From an uncultured Acidobacteriota bacterium (GTDB lineage Bacteria > Acidobacteriota > Vicinamibacteria > Vicinamibacterales > SCN-69-37), in assembly GCA_963793255.1 (NCBI GenBank), contig CAWBZK010000005.1, positions 76,873-140,872 on the forward strand: a stretch of DNA of 64,000 bases. Direction: 5' to 3'. The notes beneath the pieces were generated by a model. It was not told the origin of the DNA and made no database searches. It saw only the letters and a list, made by a program, of their open reading frames with translations. The position numbers and the translations under genes were made by a program. Below, piece after piece: positions 21,451 through 32,690 of the stretch. How positions within the stretch are numbered: the stretch's first letter is position 1; each line of letters starts with the position of its first letter.

Positions 21451-22175
21451 CGACCACTCCCGACTTCACGCGCCGGGACGAGCTGGTCATGGCGCACATC
21501 GACCTTGTCCGGGCTTTGGCCGGACAGGTGGGTCGGCGTCTGCCGTCGCACGTCGAGCTATCGGAGCTCGTCAGCGTCGGTCTGATGGGGCTGATCGACG
21601 CCGCCGAACGCTATCAGCCGGCGCTGGGCGTGCCCTTCGACGCGTTTGCACGCCGACGAATTCACGGCGCGATGCTGGACGCCCTGCGGCGGCTGGACCG
21701 CGTGCCGCGTTCGGTCCGGCGCCTCAAGCGGAACCTCGACCGGACGCTGAACGACCTGCGTCACCGGCTGGGCCGCGAACCCGATCGAAGCCGAGATCGC
21801 CGCCTCGCTCGGCGTGTCGATCGAGGAATACGACCGGATGCTCGACGATCTGTCGGTGGCCGACCTGTCGGTGCCGCGCGGATCGGCGGCCGACGATCCG
21901 GATCGGCCTGCTGCGGCTCGCGGTGGACGGCGAGGTCTCGCCGCACGCGCAGCTCGAGCACCGTGAGCTCCTCGCGCACCTGGCCGAGGCGATCGGCGAG
22001 CTGCCCGCGCGGGAGCGCCAGATCCTGGCGCTGTCGTACCAGCGAAGACCTGACGCTCGCCGAGATCGGCGCCGTCGTCGGCGTCGGCGAGTCGCGCGTC
22101 TGTCAGCTCCGGACGCAGGCGATCGCGCGGCTGCGGTCGCTGCTGCGCGAGTGGCAGTCGTCGAGGGCGGCCTGA
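21441..22175 (+). CDS. fliA: RNA polymerase sigma28 FliA (internal frameshifts)
   Basis: RLPSHVELSELVSVG, RIHGAMLDALRRLDRVPRS, DLTLAEIGAVVGVGESRVCQL. Confidence 0.92.
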   Translation: MGLTTTPDFTRRDELVMAHIDLVRALAGQVGRRLPSHVELSELVSVGLMGLIDAAERYQPALGVPFDAFARRRIHGAMLDALRRLDRVPRSVRRLKRNLDRTLNDLRHRLGREPDRSRDRRLARRVDRGIRPDARRSVGGRPVGAARIGGRRSGSACCGSRWTARSRRTRSSSTVSSSRTWPRRSASCPRGSARSWRCRTSEDLTLAEIGAVVGVGESRVCQLRTQAIARLRSLLREWQSSRAA

Positions 22176-22176
22176 G

Positions 22177-23156
22177 ATGGCGACCAAGATCCTGACGCAG
22201 GCGGAGATCGACGCCCTGCTCTCGACCGCGGCCGACGGCGGGCGCGGACGCCGCGCCGCCGCCGACGAAGTGGTGCGCTACAACTTCCGTCGGCCGGACC
22301 GGGTGTCGAAGGAACAGGTTCACGCGCTGCAGTTCCTGCACGAGCGCTGCGCGCGCAACCTGTCCACGTCGCTCTCGGCGTACATGCGCACGACGATCTA
22401 CGCTGTCGGTGTCCTCCGTCGAGCAGTTCTCGTACGCGGAGTTTCTCGGGTCGCTTGACCGACCCGACGGCCTTCTACGCCATCGGCATCAACCCGCTCG
22501 ACGAGCTGGGCGCCGTCGAGATCAACCCGTCGATTGCCTTCGCGATGCTCGACCGCATGCTCGGCGGCACGGGAGAATCCGCGCCGGCCAACCGGCCGCT
22601 CTCCGAAATCGAACAGAACGTCATCGACGCCGTGGTCAAGATGCTGCTCACTGGCCTGGCGGACGCATGGAAGGCCGTGACGAATCTGAGCTTCGCCATT
22701 CGGGCGCGCGAGACGCGGCCGCAGATGCTGCAGGTCGCCGCGCCGAACGAAATCATCGTCGCCGTGGTGTTCGAGGTGAAGGTCGGCGACGTGCGCGGAC
22801 TGATCAACCTCTGCATGCCGACCAACGTCGCCGAGATTGCGGGCACGCACTTCTCGACGACCTGGCAGCGCCAGCGGCGCGAACTGACCGATCGCGAGCG
22901 CGCCTGGCTCAACGAGAACTTCGGCCGCGTGCCGCTGCCCGTGGTGCCGCAGATCCGGACCGGGCTCAACGCCGGTTCCGTGATGGGCCTGAACCTGGGC
23001 GAAGTGATTGCGCTGCCGCTGCCGGCCGACCAGCCGCTCGACGTGTACGTCGGCGGCATTCGCAAGTTTACCGGTCGCCTCGCGACCGAACGCGGGCGCC
23101 TGATGGTGCTCGTCGAGAACCGGTGTCTGTCGACGCCGGGCGCGCAAGGAGCGTGA
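22177..23156 (+). CDS. fliM: Motor switch protein FliM (frameshifts ~22400, ~22456)
   Basis: ILTQAEIDALL, YNFRRPDRVSKEQ, DRMLGG, RPLSEIE, C-terminal SpoA. Confidence 0.93.
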
Positions 23157-23157
23157 G

Positions 23158-23553
23158 ATGTCGATGGACGAACAGAACCCCGCGGCTCCGGCTGGCAACG
23201 GGCCAGCCTCCGCGGACACCGCCACGCAGGTCTCGGCGGACACCGCGGCCGCGCTGAGCGCGGCGGCGAAAAAAGACCGCGCCGATCCCCGGCTCGATGC
23301 CGTGCTCGACGTGGACCTGCCGCTCGTCGTGCGGTTCGGGCGCGCCATCATGCCGCTCCGTTCGCTCGCCGATCTCGGTCCCGGCTCCGTGATCGACATG
23401 GGTCGATCGCCGGACGAACCCGTCGATCTGCTCGTCGGCGACCGGCTGATCGCGCGGGGCGAAGTGGTGATTGTCGGCGGCAACTACGGCGTTCGGATTA
23501 CCGAGCTCGCGGCCACGCGGCCGCAGGCCATCGGACTGGAGGCGAGGGCGTGA
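23158..23553 (+). CDS. fliN: Motor switch protein FliN
   Basis: LDAVLDVDLPLVVRFG..LGPGSVI..EPVDLLV..IARGEVVIVGGNYGVRITE. Confidence 0.93.
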   Translation: MSMDEQNPAAPAGNGPASADTATQVSADTAAALSAAAKKDRADPRLDAVLDVDLPLVVRFGRAIMPLRSLADLGPGSVIDMGRSPDEPVDLLVGDRLIARGEVVIVGGNYGVRITELAATRPQAIGLEARA

Positions 23554-23982
23554 TGGATGACCTGCTGTGGGCGAAGGACTTCTACTGGGCACATCGTGAG
23601 GCGTTTCGTGCCGGCGCGGCGATCACGACGATCGCGCTCGTCAACGTGTCGCTGCTCGTCTGGACCGCTCGCCGCCTGCAGGAGCTGTCGCTCGTCCGCG
23701 AGCGGGTCAGCCGCCTCGCGGACGGCCTGGCGCTCCTGACGGACACGACGGAAGCGGGCCTTGCCACGTTGATCAAAGAGGTCGAACAGCTCGGCGGCCG
23801 CCGCAAGAGCTCGTCGAAGAGCCTCGAGCCGCTCGAGCGTCGCCAAGCGCGTGACCGCGGCGGCCGAGAAGGGCGAGAAGGTCGCCGAGATCGCGACGAC
23901 GGAAGGTTTGTCTGAAAGCGAAGTCCGGCTGCACCTCTCGCTGGCGAAGGCGACGAACACGGAGACGACGACAGCGGCATAG
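23550..23982 (+). CDS. Hypothetical membrane protein with coiled coil and C-terminal HTH-like motif (DUF2802/DUF6115-like); frameshift ~23830
   Basis: TM, coiled coil, then GEKVAEIATTEGLSESEVRLHLSL in shifted frame. Confidence 0.6.
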
Positions 23983-23984
23983 AC

Positions 23985-24085
23985 GTCGTTCCCCGTTCCG
24001 ACGTTCCTCGTTCCCGGTTCCGTGACTGGAACCGGAACGGGAACCGGAGCCGAACGGGAACGTGGAACGGGGAACCGGGAACGAC
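23985..24085. repeat. Family A hairpin
   Basis: gtcgttccccgttcc...ggaacggggaaccgggaacgac. Confidence 0.8.
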
Positions 24086-24101
24086 AGAAGGATACGAACT
24101 T

Positions 24102-24833
24102 ATGTCTGGATCTCAGTACATCGCGCTCAGTGGACTGCGCGCCCGCGTCGACGAGCTCGACCGCGCTCGCGACCGACATCGCCAACGTCGGCACCGCCGG
24201 CTACAAGGGCGAGCGCGAAGCGCGCGCGTCGGCCCAGCGCGAGCTGTTCGAGGCGACGCTCGAGACCGCCATCGACACGACGTTCGGCGGCAGCCGGCTC
24301 GACATGCGCGCCGGCGCGATTGCCGCGACCGGCCGGTCGCTCGATGTCGCGATCGACGGCGCCGGGTTCTTCGTGGTCCAGACGGCCGGCGGCGAGCGCT
24401 ACACGCGCAACGGCCACTTCACGCTCGACGCCGAGCGACGGCTCGATCACCGAGGACGGATCGCTCGTGCTCGGCGAGGGCGGCCCGATCACGCTCGGCG
24501 AAGGCGACGGCGAATTCGCGTCGACCAGGACGGATCGGTCTGGTCGGGCACGACGCGAGTCCGGCCGCCTGAAGATCGTGTCGTTCGCGAATCCCGGCGC
24601 GCTCGTGCAGGAACACTCGTCGCGCCTGCGCGCGGACGGGCAGACCGCCATGCCGGTCGACCGAGCCGACGGTCCGGGCGGGCTCGCTCGAGCAGTCGAA
24701 CGTCTCGGTCAGCCGATCGGCTGGCCGAGCTGACGACGGTCTCGCGCGGATTCGAGGCGCTGCAGAAGGCGATCTCGGTGCTCATGAACGACGTCGATGG
24801 CCGGGCCATCGATCACTCGGCCGACGAACCTAG
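24102..24833 (+). CDS. flgF: Rod protein FlgF (multiple frameshifts)
   Basis: [44 protein letters not shown]. Confidence 0.85.
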
Positions 24834-24849
24834 ACAGGAGCTAGCAGCC

Positions 24850-25646
24850 ATGATTCGCGCACTGTACACGGCCGCGAGCGGGATGAACGCGCAGCAGACG
24901 AACATCGACAACGTCGCGCACAATCTCGCCAACGTCAACACGACCGGCTTCAAGAAGAGCCGCGTCGAGTTCGAGGACCTCGTCTACCAGGAGATCCGCG
25001 CGCCGGGCGCGTCAGGCCTCGGCCACGACCGAAGCGCCGGTCGGCCTCGAGATGGGCCTCGGCACGCGCGCCGTCGCCACGGCGCGCAACTTCAGCGCCG
25101 GCAACCTGCGCTCGACGGGCGCGCCGCTCGATCTCGCCATCGAGGGCGACGGCTTCTTCCAGATCGTCGCTGCCCGACGGCACCACCGCCTACACGCGCG
25201 CCGGCACGTTCCACCTCGACGCGCAGGGACTGATCGTGACGGCCGAGGGCTACCCGCTCGAGCCCGCAGATCACGATTCCGACCGAACGCGACGTCCGTG
25301 TCGCATCTCCAAGGACGGCATCGTGTCGGCCACGGTCGCCGGGCCAGAGGCAGCGCAGCAGCTCGGCACGATCGAGATCGCGACGTTCGCCAACCCGGCC
25401 GGCCTGCGGCCGCTCGGCGGCAACCTCTTCGCAGCCGACGACGGCGTCGGGCGAGCCGGAGAAGCCGGCGCGCCCGGCACCGACTCGCGCGGCACGCTCG
25501 CGCAGGGCTTCGTCGAGGACTCGAACGTCAGCGTCGTCGAGGAGATGGTCAACATGATCATCGGCCAGCGCGCCTACGAAGCGAACTCGCGCGTCGTCAA
25601 GGCCGCCGACGAGATGCTGAGCCAGGTCAACACGCTGGTGCGGTAG
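24850..25646 (+). CDS. flgG: Distal rod protein FlgG (multiple frameshifts)
   Basis: [59 protein letters not shown]. Confidence 0.93.
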
Positions 25647-25648
25647 CG

Positions 25649-26358
25649 ATGACGAACACCTTCGCTCGGCCGTTCGTGGCGCGATTGCGGTGGCCGTGGC
25701 GGCGTGCGTCGTGACGCCGGCCGGACCGCCGCGGCGCCCGCGCCGTGCCCCATCGCTGTCGGCGGCCGAGGCCGTTCGCGCGGCCGTTGTCGCGCGCCTG
25801 GGCGGCGATGGCCACGGTCACAGATCGACTCGATCGACGTCACCGGCGACGCGCCGGTGTTTCGCGAGGCGCGGCCGGACCCGCCGCACGACTCGGCCGG
25901 CCCGATGCGCTTCACGCTCGTCACGACGAGCGGCGCGGCGCTGCCGGCGACCGCGACGATGACGGTGACCGGCCCGCTCGTGGTCACGACGCGCACTGTC
26001 GCGAAGGGCGAATCGCTGACAGCCCGAGGACTTGGATGAATCGCAGCGAGTCATCACGGACGTGCCGCTGCGCCGTCTGCCGCGGCTGGTCGAGCTCGTC
26101 GGCTCGCGCGCGTTGCGCACGCTTCCGGCCGGCGAGGCCGTGCCTGGCAACGCCGTCACGCTGCGGCGCAAGGTCGAGCCGGGCGACGCGGTGACGGTCG
26201 TCGCGGCGTCCGGCGCCGTGGAAGTCACGGGCGACGTTCGTGGCGGCCGACGGCGGCGAGCCTGGCGACGTCATTCGGGTGATCAATCCACAGACCCGCC
26301 GGTACCTGCGGGGACGCGTGTTGCAGAACGGAAAAGTCGAGGTGATCCATGGCCGCTG
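25649..26358 (+). CDS. flgA: P-ring chaperone FlgA (frameshifts)
   Basis: SAF-like segment, VEPGDAVTVV, GDVIRVIN; between flgG and flgH. Confidence 0.75.
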
Positions 26359-27003
26359 ATCGAATTCGTCACGGCAGGCGTTGGCGCTCGTCGTGGTGCT
26401 GCTCGTCGGGACGCCGAGCGTCCTGCCGGCGCAGACGACCGACTACGACAGCGAGTACAACCGCTATCTGCTCGAGGCCGCGTCGGACGACGTCCACCGA
26501 AGAACGCCTGGATGGTCGACCTGGCGAGCGATCCGAAGGCGCGCCGGCAGAACGACCTGGTCACGATCCGCGTCGTCGAGAGCCTGAGCGCGACCGGATC
26601 GGCCGACTCGAACGTCGGCAAGAAGTCCAGCGCCAACGCGACCATGCCGTCGCCCGCCGCCAAGTGGCTGGCGAAGGTCTTCCCCATCGACACCGAGACG
26701 GAGTTCAACGGCTCCGGCGGCACGACGCGAACGACCGAGCTCACCGCCATGGTGACGGCGCGCGTCGCCGAGGTGCTGCCGAACGGCGACCTCGTCGTCG
26801 AAGGCGTGCGCGAGGTCGACATCAACGGCGATCGCACGTCGTCGTGCTGACCGGCGTCGTCCGGCCTGCGGACATCCAGCCCGGCAACGTCGTGCTGTCG
26901 CCGCAGGTCGGCCAGCTGCGAATCCGGTCGCTCAGCCAGGGCCTCATCAAGGACAGCCTGGCGCCCGGCTGGCTCATCACGCGTCCTGAACAAGGTGTTC
27001 TAG
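26349..27003 (+). CDS. flgH: L-ring protein FlgH (frameshifts)
   Basis: DPKARRQNDLVTIRVVE, ARVAEVLPNGDLVVEG, LTGVVRPADI..N, PGWL. Confidence 0.88.
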
Positions 27004-27012
27004 GAGAACGTC

Positions 27013-28143
27013 ATGAAGATTCCATGTTCATCACGCACGAGACTGACGGCCGCGCTGCTCGTCGACCGGCAGCCTGCTGTCGCACACGGCTGTCATCGGC
27101 AGCGAAACGCGGCTCAAGGACATCGTCACGCTGCAGGGCGTGAGCTCGTCGCCGCTCGTCGGCTACGGCCTGGTCGTGGGGCTGAACAAGACCGGCGACA
27201 AGCGCCAGACGCTCTTCTCGACGCAGTCGCTCGCCAACATGCTGTCGCGCTTCGGCGATCGAGGTGCCGGCCGACCAGGTGAAGGTCGAGAACATCGCCG
27301 CCGTGCTCGTGACCGCGGAGATGTCGCCGTACCAGCGTGTCGGCGCGCAGGCTCGACGTGATCGCCTCGTCGATCGGCGACGCGCGCAGCCTGCAGGGCG
27401 GCACGCTGCTGCCCACGCCGCTGCGCGGCCCGGACGGCGAAATGGTGGCGCTGGCGCAGGGGCCGCTGTCGATCGGCGGATTCGGCGGCGGTCGAGGCGG
27501 CACGAGCGTGCAGGTCAATCACCTGACCGTCGGACGCAGTCCCGGGCGGCGCGATCGTCCAGTCGGCGCCCGCGCCGGCCGTCGAGACCGATCAGGTCCG
27601 CATGGTGTTCGCCCTGCGCGAGCCGGACTTCGTGACGGCGTCGCGCGTGGCGCAGGCCATCAACCGCATCTCGGCGTGGAGGCGGCGCGCGCGCTCGATC
27701 CCGGCAGCGTGTCGGTGGAGGTGCCGGCGCAGCTTCCGGTCGTCGCTGCCGGAGCTGATGGCGCAGCTCGAAACGCTGCCGATCGAGACCGACGTCGTCG
27801 CGCGCGTCGTCATCAACGAGCGCACGGGCACCGTCGTCGTCGGCGGCAACGTCCGGCTCGGCCCGGCCGCCGTCGCGCACGGCAACCTGTCGGTCCGCAT
27901 CACGACGCGGTATCAGGTCAGTCAGCCGCTGCCGTACTCGCGCGGCGAGACCGTGACCGTGCCTGAGCAGCACGTGGACGTCGAGGAAGGCACGGCGCAG
28001 CTGATCGCGCTCGAAGGGGCACGACGCTCCAGGCCGTGGTCACGGCGCTCAACGCGCTCGGCGCGTCGCCGCGCGACATCATCGCCATCGTGCAGGCGCT
28101 CAAGGCCGCCGGCGCGCTCCACGCCGAGATCGTCATTCTCTAG
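27013..28143 (+). CDS. flgI: P-ring protein FlgI (frameshifts)
   Basis: [57 protein letters not shown]. Confidence 0.92.
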
Positions 28144-28150
28144 GACCAGC

Positions 28151-28938
28151 ATGTCGAATCTCCCCATCGTCGAATCGCTCCGCGCGCAGGTCAGCGAATC
28201 TCGGCGCGCGCCCTGGGCAGGCGATCGGCCTCGATGCGCGGCGTCCCGAGACGCCGGAGCAGGTGCGCGCGCTGGCCGTGCAATTCGAGTCGATTCTCCT
28301 GGCTCAGATGCTCACGAGCATGCGCGATTCGATGTTCGACAGCGGCGAGGAGTCGAGCGGCTTTGGCGCGGGACCTCTTGGCGACAGTCTCTTCCAGGAA
28401 TTCAGCATCGCGCTCAGCCGCGCGGGTGGCATCGGACTCGGGCAGTCGCTGATGGCGTCCGCTCGAAGCTGCCGCGGGACTCGCGGCCGCCGGGCCGACG
28501 TTTCAGACAGCCGGAACGCAGACGCTCGTCAATGCCGCGATCAACGGTCCGGGGGCTGCCGCGGCGCTCGAGCGTCCGTCTCCGCAGACGTCCGCCTATG
28601 GCTGGCGTCGCGATCCAATTTCCGGCGCCACGAAGTTTCACAACGGGATCGATCTCGCGATGCCGGTCGGCGACGATGTGCCGGCTGCGCGAGCGGGCGA
28701 AGTGACTTTCGCGGGCAACCTTGCGGGCTACGGCAAGACGGTCGTCGTGAGGCACAGCGCGACGACGTCCACGCGCTACGCGCACCTGTCCGAAATCCTC
28801 GTCAAGCCAGGCGACACCGTCGTCGCCGGCCAGGCGATCGCCCGGTCCGGAGCGAGTGGCAAGGCGACGGGTCCGCACCTTCATTTTGAAGTGCTGCGGG
28901 AAGGGGAAAGCGTTGACCCGCATGGGACGTGTTGGTGA
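28151..28938 (+). CDS. FlgJ-like rod-binding domain plus M23 peptidase (frameshifts)
   Basis: AVQFESILLAQMLTSMR..GGIGLG; then YGWRRDP..FHNGIDLA, YAHL, TGPHLHFEV. Confidence 0.75.
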
Positions 28939-28940
28939 CG

Positions 28941-29014
28941 AGGCTTAGGGCTCAAGGCTTAAGGCTTAGGGCTGTGCAGGTCTTGGGTGGCCCTAAGCCC
29001 TAAGCCGTAAGCCT
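28941..29014. repeat. AGGCTTA/TAAGCC heptamer hairpin, family C
   Basis: aggcttagggct..aggcttaaggcttagggc / gccctaagccctaagccgtaagcct; partial copy ~38521-38548. Confidence 0.7.
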
Positions 29015-29030
29015 GATGGAGAGCCCGGAT

Positions 29031-29057
29031 TAAAGAACGCGCTCTCCCGGCCGATTA
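29031..29057 (+). promoter_or_regulatory. Sigma28 promoter of flgM
   Basis: TAAA-N15-GCCGATTA. Confidence 0.85.
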
Positions 29058-29099
29058 CGACGGTGGGAGAACGTTCAGCTGTTTGAACAGCGAACGGAT

Positions 29100-29417
29100 A
29101 TGAGAATCGAGCATCCACGCACGCACTCGACACCGGCCACGGAGCCGGCCTCAGGCGACACCACCCGCTCCGCGGGGTCGGCGTCGTCCAGTGGGGCGGC
29201 GTCCGGGCGGGGGGATCGCGTGAGCCTGTCGGCCGGACTCCGGCTGGTCAAGGCGGCGCTCGAGGAAGCGAAGGCGGTAGATACGGGCATTCGCCCGGAA
29301 GCTGTCGCGCGCGGGAAGGCCCTCGTGGCCTCCGGCGAGCTCGACACGGACCTGGCCGCCCTGGCCGAGCGTCTGCTGCCGGACCTCATTGACTCCCATG
29401 ACGACGAACCCTCTTGA
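29100..29417 (+). CDS. flgM: Anti-sigma28 factor FlgM
   Basis: MRI start, DRVSLS, IRPEAV..K..VASGEL..LAERL; sigma28 promoter upstream. Confidence 0.8.
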   Translation: MRIEHPRTHSTPATEPASGDTTRSAGSASSSGAASGRGDRVSLSAGLRLVKAALEEAKAVDTGIRPEAVARGKALVASGELDTDLAALAERLLPDLIDSHDDEPS

Positions 29418-29748
29418 CGCGACCGTGCGCCTGGAACAGGCGCTCGACGAGCTTTCGCGCGCACTCGCCGCGTTCTCGACCGACGCGGTCCTGCAGGCCG
29501 AGGAGTCACTCGGCGCAGCGTTGACCGCGCTCGCGCAGATACGCCGCAGCGCCGTGCAGGCGGTAGACGACAAGGCGGCACTCGGCGAGTCGGTGACCAG
29601 GGCGCGGCAGGCACTGCTCCGCTGCCAGGCGCTCGGCCGATCGGCGGTCGGCATCGCGAACGGAATTCTTCAGCAGCCCGGCTACGGGCGGAATGGCGCG
29701 CAGCTTGGCGTCACGCCGACCGCCAATCGCCGCGCGACGGTGCGTTGA
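29398..29748 (+). CDS. FlgN-like export chaperone
   Basis: Helical, C-terminal YGRNG; between flgM and flgK. Confidence 0.6.
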   Translation: MTTNPLDATVRLEQALDELSRALAAFSTDAVLQAEESLGAALTALAQIRRSAVQAVDDKAALGESVTRARQALLRCQALGRSAVGIANGILQQPGYGRNGAQLGVTPTANRRATVR

Positions 29749-29751
29749 GTC

Positions 29752-31122
29752 ATGGCGGGCCTACTCGATAGTCTGACGTCCACGGCGCGGTCGCTCTCGA
29801 CGGCGCGACTCGGCCTCGAAGTCGCCGGCAATAACCTCGCGAACATCAACACCGAGGGCTATTCGCGTCGGGCGCTGGTGCTGGCCGAAGTGCCGCCCAT
29901 CGAGCACCTCGGCGCCGGTCGCGGTGTTGAAGTCCTTGCGGTCCAGGCGCTGCGCGACGAGCTCGTGCTCGGACGACTCTGGAACGAGCAGCAACGCCTT
30001 CAGTTCGGCGCGGCGCTCACCGACGGTCTGCGGGAAGTGGAAGCGACGGTCGGGCTGGCCGGGCAGTCGCTCGACGCGCGTCTTGGCGCGTTCTTCGACG
30101 GCTTCAAGGCTCTGGCTGACGACCCCACGTCGGTGACGGCCCGGGACAACGCCGTCCGGCAGGGCGAGCAGCTTGCGGTCGCGTTCCACGAGCTCTCGGC
30201 GCGGTTCGTCGACGCTCGCCGTGGCGCAGACGCGTCACTTGTGGCGGCCACTGATGAGGTCAACGAGCTGGCCCGGCGCGTCGCAGAGTTGAACGAAGGC
30301 ATCGCCGCCGGCGGCGCGGACGTCGAAGCGTTGCGGGACGCGCGCGACCTGGCGATCGGCCGGCTGCGCGAGTTGGCCGATGTCAGCGTCACTCGAACCG
30401 GCGACGGCAGCATCTCGCTGTCGATCGGCTCGGGGCGCACGCTCGTCGTGGGCAGTTTTTCGTACGCGGTCGACACGGCGAGCACACCACCGCTCGGGCT
30501 GACCTCGCTGTCAATCGGCGGCTTCGACATCACGAGCGAAATCGCGGGCGGGCGGATTGGCGGGCTCGTCCATCTTCGCGACACGGTCGTCCCGACCTAC
30601 TCGGCAAGCCTCGATCAGCTTGCGTTCGACGTCGCATCGGCGGTGAACACGGTGCACCAGACCGGGTTCGATGCCAACGGCGCCGCCGGTGGCGCGTATT
30701 TCACGGCCCTTGCCGCGGCGGCGGGCGCCGCGGCCGCTCTCGAAGTGGCGCCGGCCGTCGTGGCTGACAGCAACCTCATCGCGGCATCCGGCACGGGCGC
30801 GATCGGCGACAACGCGACGGCGCGTGCGCTCGCGGCCCTGCGCGATTCGACCTTCGCGAATGGCGGAACCGCGACCGCGGTCGAGGCCTGGGGGCAGCTG
30901 GCATATCGCATCGGCACGGACCTCGCGTCCGCGCGTTCAGCCAACAGCGCCGGTGAGCAAGTCATGCAGCAGCTCGAGCAGCTTCGCGCGCAGGTCTCCG
31001 GCGTCTCGATGGACGAGGAGGCGGCGAATCTCGTGCGGTTCCAGCGTGCGTATGAAGCCAACGCGCGCTATTTCACGACCGTCAACGATCTGCTGGACAC
31101 CCTGATGGGCATGGTGCAGTGA
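29752..31122 (+). CDS. flgK: Hook-associated protein FlgK
   Basis: GNNLANINTEGYSR, VSGVSMDEEAANLVRFQRAYEANA. Confidence 0.95.
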   Translation: MAGLLDSLTSTARSLSTARLGLEVAGNNLANINTEGYSRRALVLAEVPPIEHLGAGRGVEVLAVQALRDELVLGRLWNEQQRLQFGAALTDGLREVEATVGLAGQSLDARLGAFFDGFKALADDPTSVTARDNAVRQGEQLAVAFHELSARFVDARRGADASLVAATDEVNELARRVAELNEGIAAGGADVEALRDARDLAIGRLRELADVSVTRTGDGSISLSIGSGRTLVVGSFSYAVDTASTPPLGLTSLSIGGFDITSEIAGGRIGGLVHLRDTVVPTYSASLDQLAFDVASAVNTVHQTGFDANGAAGGAYFTALAAAAGAAAALEVAPAVVADSNLIAASGTGAIGDNATARALAALRDSTFANGGTATAVEAWGQLAYRIGTDLASARSANSAGEQVMQQLEQLRAQVSGVSMDEEAANLVRFQRAYEANARYFTTVNDLLDTLMGMVQ

Positions 31123-32009
31123 TGAGAGTCATCTACGATGTGTTTCGCGACGGGCTGGACGCGATCAACACGGCCGCCGGTCAGCTCGCCAAAGCGCGCG
31201 AGCAGGTCTCGACCGGACGTCGTATCAACGCGGCGAGCGACGACCCGCTGGCAATGCGGCAGGCGGTCAACGAGCACGCGACCATGGGGGCCGTCGACGC
31301 GTACTCGCGGTCGCGCGATTCGGCGGCGGTCAGACTCGCGGTCGCGGACAACGTGCTCTCGACGATGACCGACAAGCTCACGGCGGCGGTGGTCGCCGGC
31401 ACGAGCGCGCAAGGATCCACGACCACGGCCGCCTCGCGCGCGGCGACCGCCAGCCAAGTGCGGAGCCTGCGCGAGTCGCTCCTGGCGGACTTCAACACGA
31501 CGTTCAACGGCAACTACATCTTCTCGGGAACGGCCGCCGACGCACGGGCGTACGAACTGGTCGCCGGTGCGTGGACGTACCAAGGCAACGCGGACACGAC
31601 GGACGTCGAGGTCGAGAGCGGGCGTGTCGTGTCGGTGACGTTCAATGGGCAGGCCGTCGCCCAGGGCAGCGACACCAAAGACGTGTTGACCGCCCTCGAC
31701 GATCTGGCCACGGCCATCGAGGCGGGCGACAGCTCGGCCATGGCCACCGAGATCGATGCGATCGAGCGAGCGTTCGAGCGCACGCAACGCGCCATCGGAT
31801 CGCTCGGCGCCGACTCCGTGGAGCTGGACGAGGCCCGCACGCGGCTGTCCACCCTCCGGGTCGCCGCCGAGACACGCCGATCGCTCCTCGAGGACGCGAA
31901 CATGGCTGAGGCCGTGACCCGCCTGAGCCAGGCAGACACGGCCTATCAGGCCGCCCTCGCCGCGGTGAGCACGGCTGAGCGCCGGTCCCTGCTGGACTAC
32001 CTGCGATGA
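31119..32009 (+). CDS. flgL: Hook-associated protein FlgL
   Basis: STGRRINAASDDP, NGNYIFSG, YQAAL..SLLDYLR. Confidence 0.93.
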   Translation: MMRVIYDVFRDGLDAINTAAGQLAKAREQVSTGRRINAASDDPLAMRQAVNEHATMGAVDAYSRSRDSAAVRLAVADNVLSTMTDKLTAAVVAGTSAQGSTTTAASRAATASQVRSLRESLLADFNTTFNGNYIFSGTAADARAYELVAGAWTYQGNADTTDVEVESGRVVSVTFNGQAVAQGSDTKDVLTALDDLATAIEAGDSSAMATEIDAIERAFERTQRAIGSLGADSVELDEARTRLSTLRVAAETRRSLLEDANMAEAVTRLSQADTAYQAALAAVSTAERRSLLDYLR

Positions 32010-32404
32010 CTCGTGAGACCGTTGCTCCCGCGATGATCACGTTCAACGAGGGCGTGCCCGGTTTCGAGACGTGCCGTCAGTTCCTGCTGATGGCGTCGCC
32101 CGAATCGGAGCCGTTTGCCGTCATGCGGGGCGTCGGCCCCGACGGCCCGTCATTTGTTGCGATCGATCCGGCCCGGGTGGTCACCGGATACGCGCTGGTG
32201 CTCGATCCAGCAGACCTTGTCCGCCTCGGCTCCGATGGCGCGCAGCAACTGCTCTTCTTGTGCATCGTGACCGTCCACGAGGACGGTCACGCGACGGTGA
32301 ATCTACGCGCCCCTCTCGTGATCAACCCGGCCTCCATGCGGGGAATCCAGATCGTCACGCCCGAGAGTCCGTTTCGCATCGACCACCCGCTCAGGGCAGC
32401 CTAG
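32006..32404 (+). CDS. fliW: Flagellar assembly factor FliW
   Basis: ITFNEGVPGFE, TVNLRAPLVIN; upstream of csrA. Confidence 0.9.
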   Translation: MTRETVAPAMITFNEGVPGFETCRQFLLMASPESEPFAVMRGVGPDGPSFVAIDPARVVTGYALVLDPADLVRLGSDGAQQLLFLCIVTVHEDGHATVNLRAPLVINPASMRGIQIVTPESPFRIDHPLRAA

Positions 32405-32407
32405 AAC

Positions 32408-32443
32408 GCAAGTTGGAAGTGAGAAGTAAGAAGTCAGAAAGCC
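32408..32443. repeat. Family B half element
   Basis: aagttggaagtgagaagtaagaagtcagaaagcc. Confidence 0.65.
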
Positions 32444-32450
32444 AATAGTC

Positions 32451-32690
32451 GTGCTGGTCTTCACGAGGAAGCTCAATGAAGCCATCGTGATCGGTGACGG
32501 CATCGAGGTCAAGGTGCTGCGCATCGGCCGCGAGGGCGTCCGGATTGGGGTGACCGCCGCACCGTCGGTTCCGGTTCACCGGCAGGAAGTCTACGAACAG
32601 ATCCGCCGCGCCAACCGCGCCGCCGCGACGCCTGAGGTCGATGACGTGATGAGACGCCTGCGCGGCACCCTGCCTCCGGATTCCCAATGA
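32451..32690 (+). CDS. csrA: Carbon storage regulator CsrA
   Basis: LVFTRKLNEAIVIGDGIEV..VRIGVTAAPSVPVHRQEVY. Confidence 0.95.
   Translation: MLVFTRKLNEAIVIGDGIEVKVLRIGREGVRIGVTAAPSVPVHRQEVYEQIRRANRAAATPEVDDVMRRLRGTLPPDSQ

Noticed and set aside
21700..28600. Mass pseudogenisation of flagellar genes
   Set aside because: Motifs are intact across frames, the lesions are indels rather than nonsense substitutions, and promoters and partner genes are preserved. Artefact is more likely, though unproven without reads.
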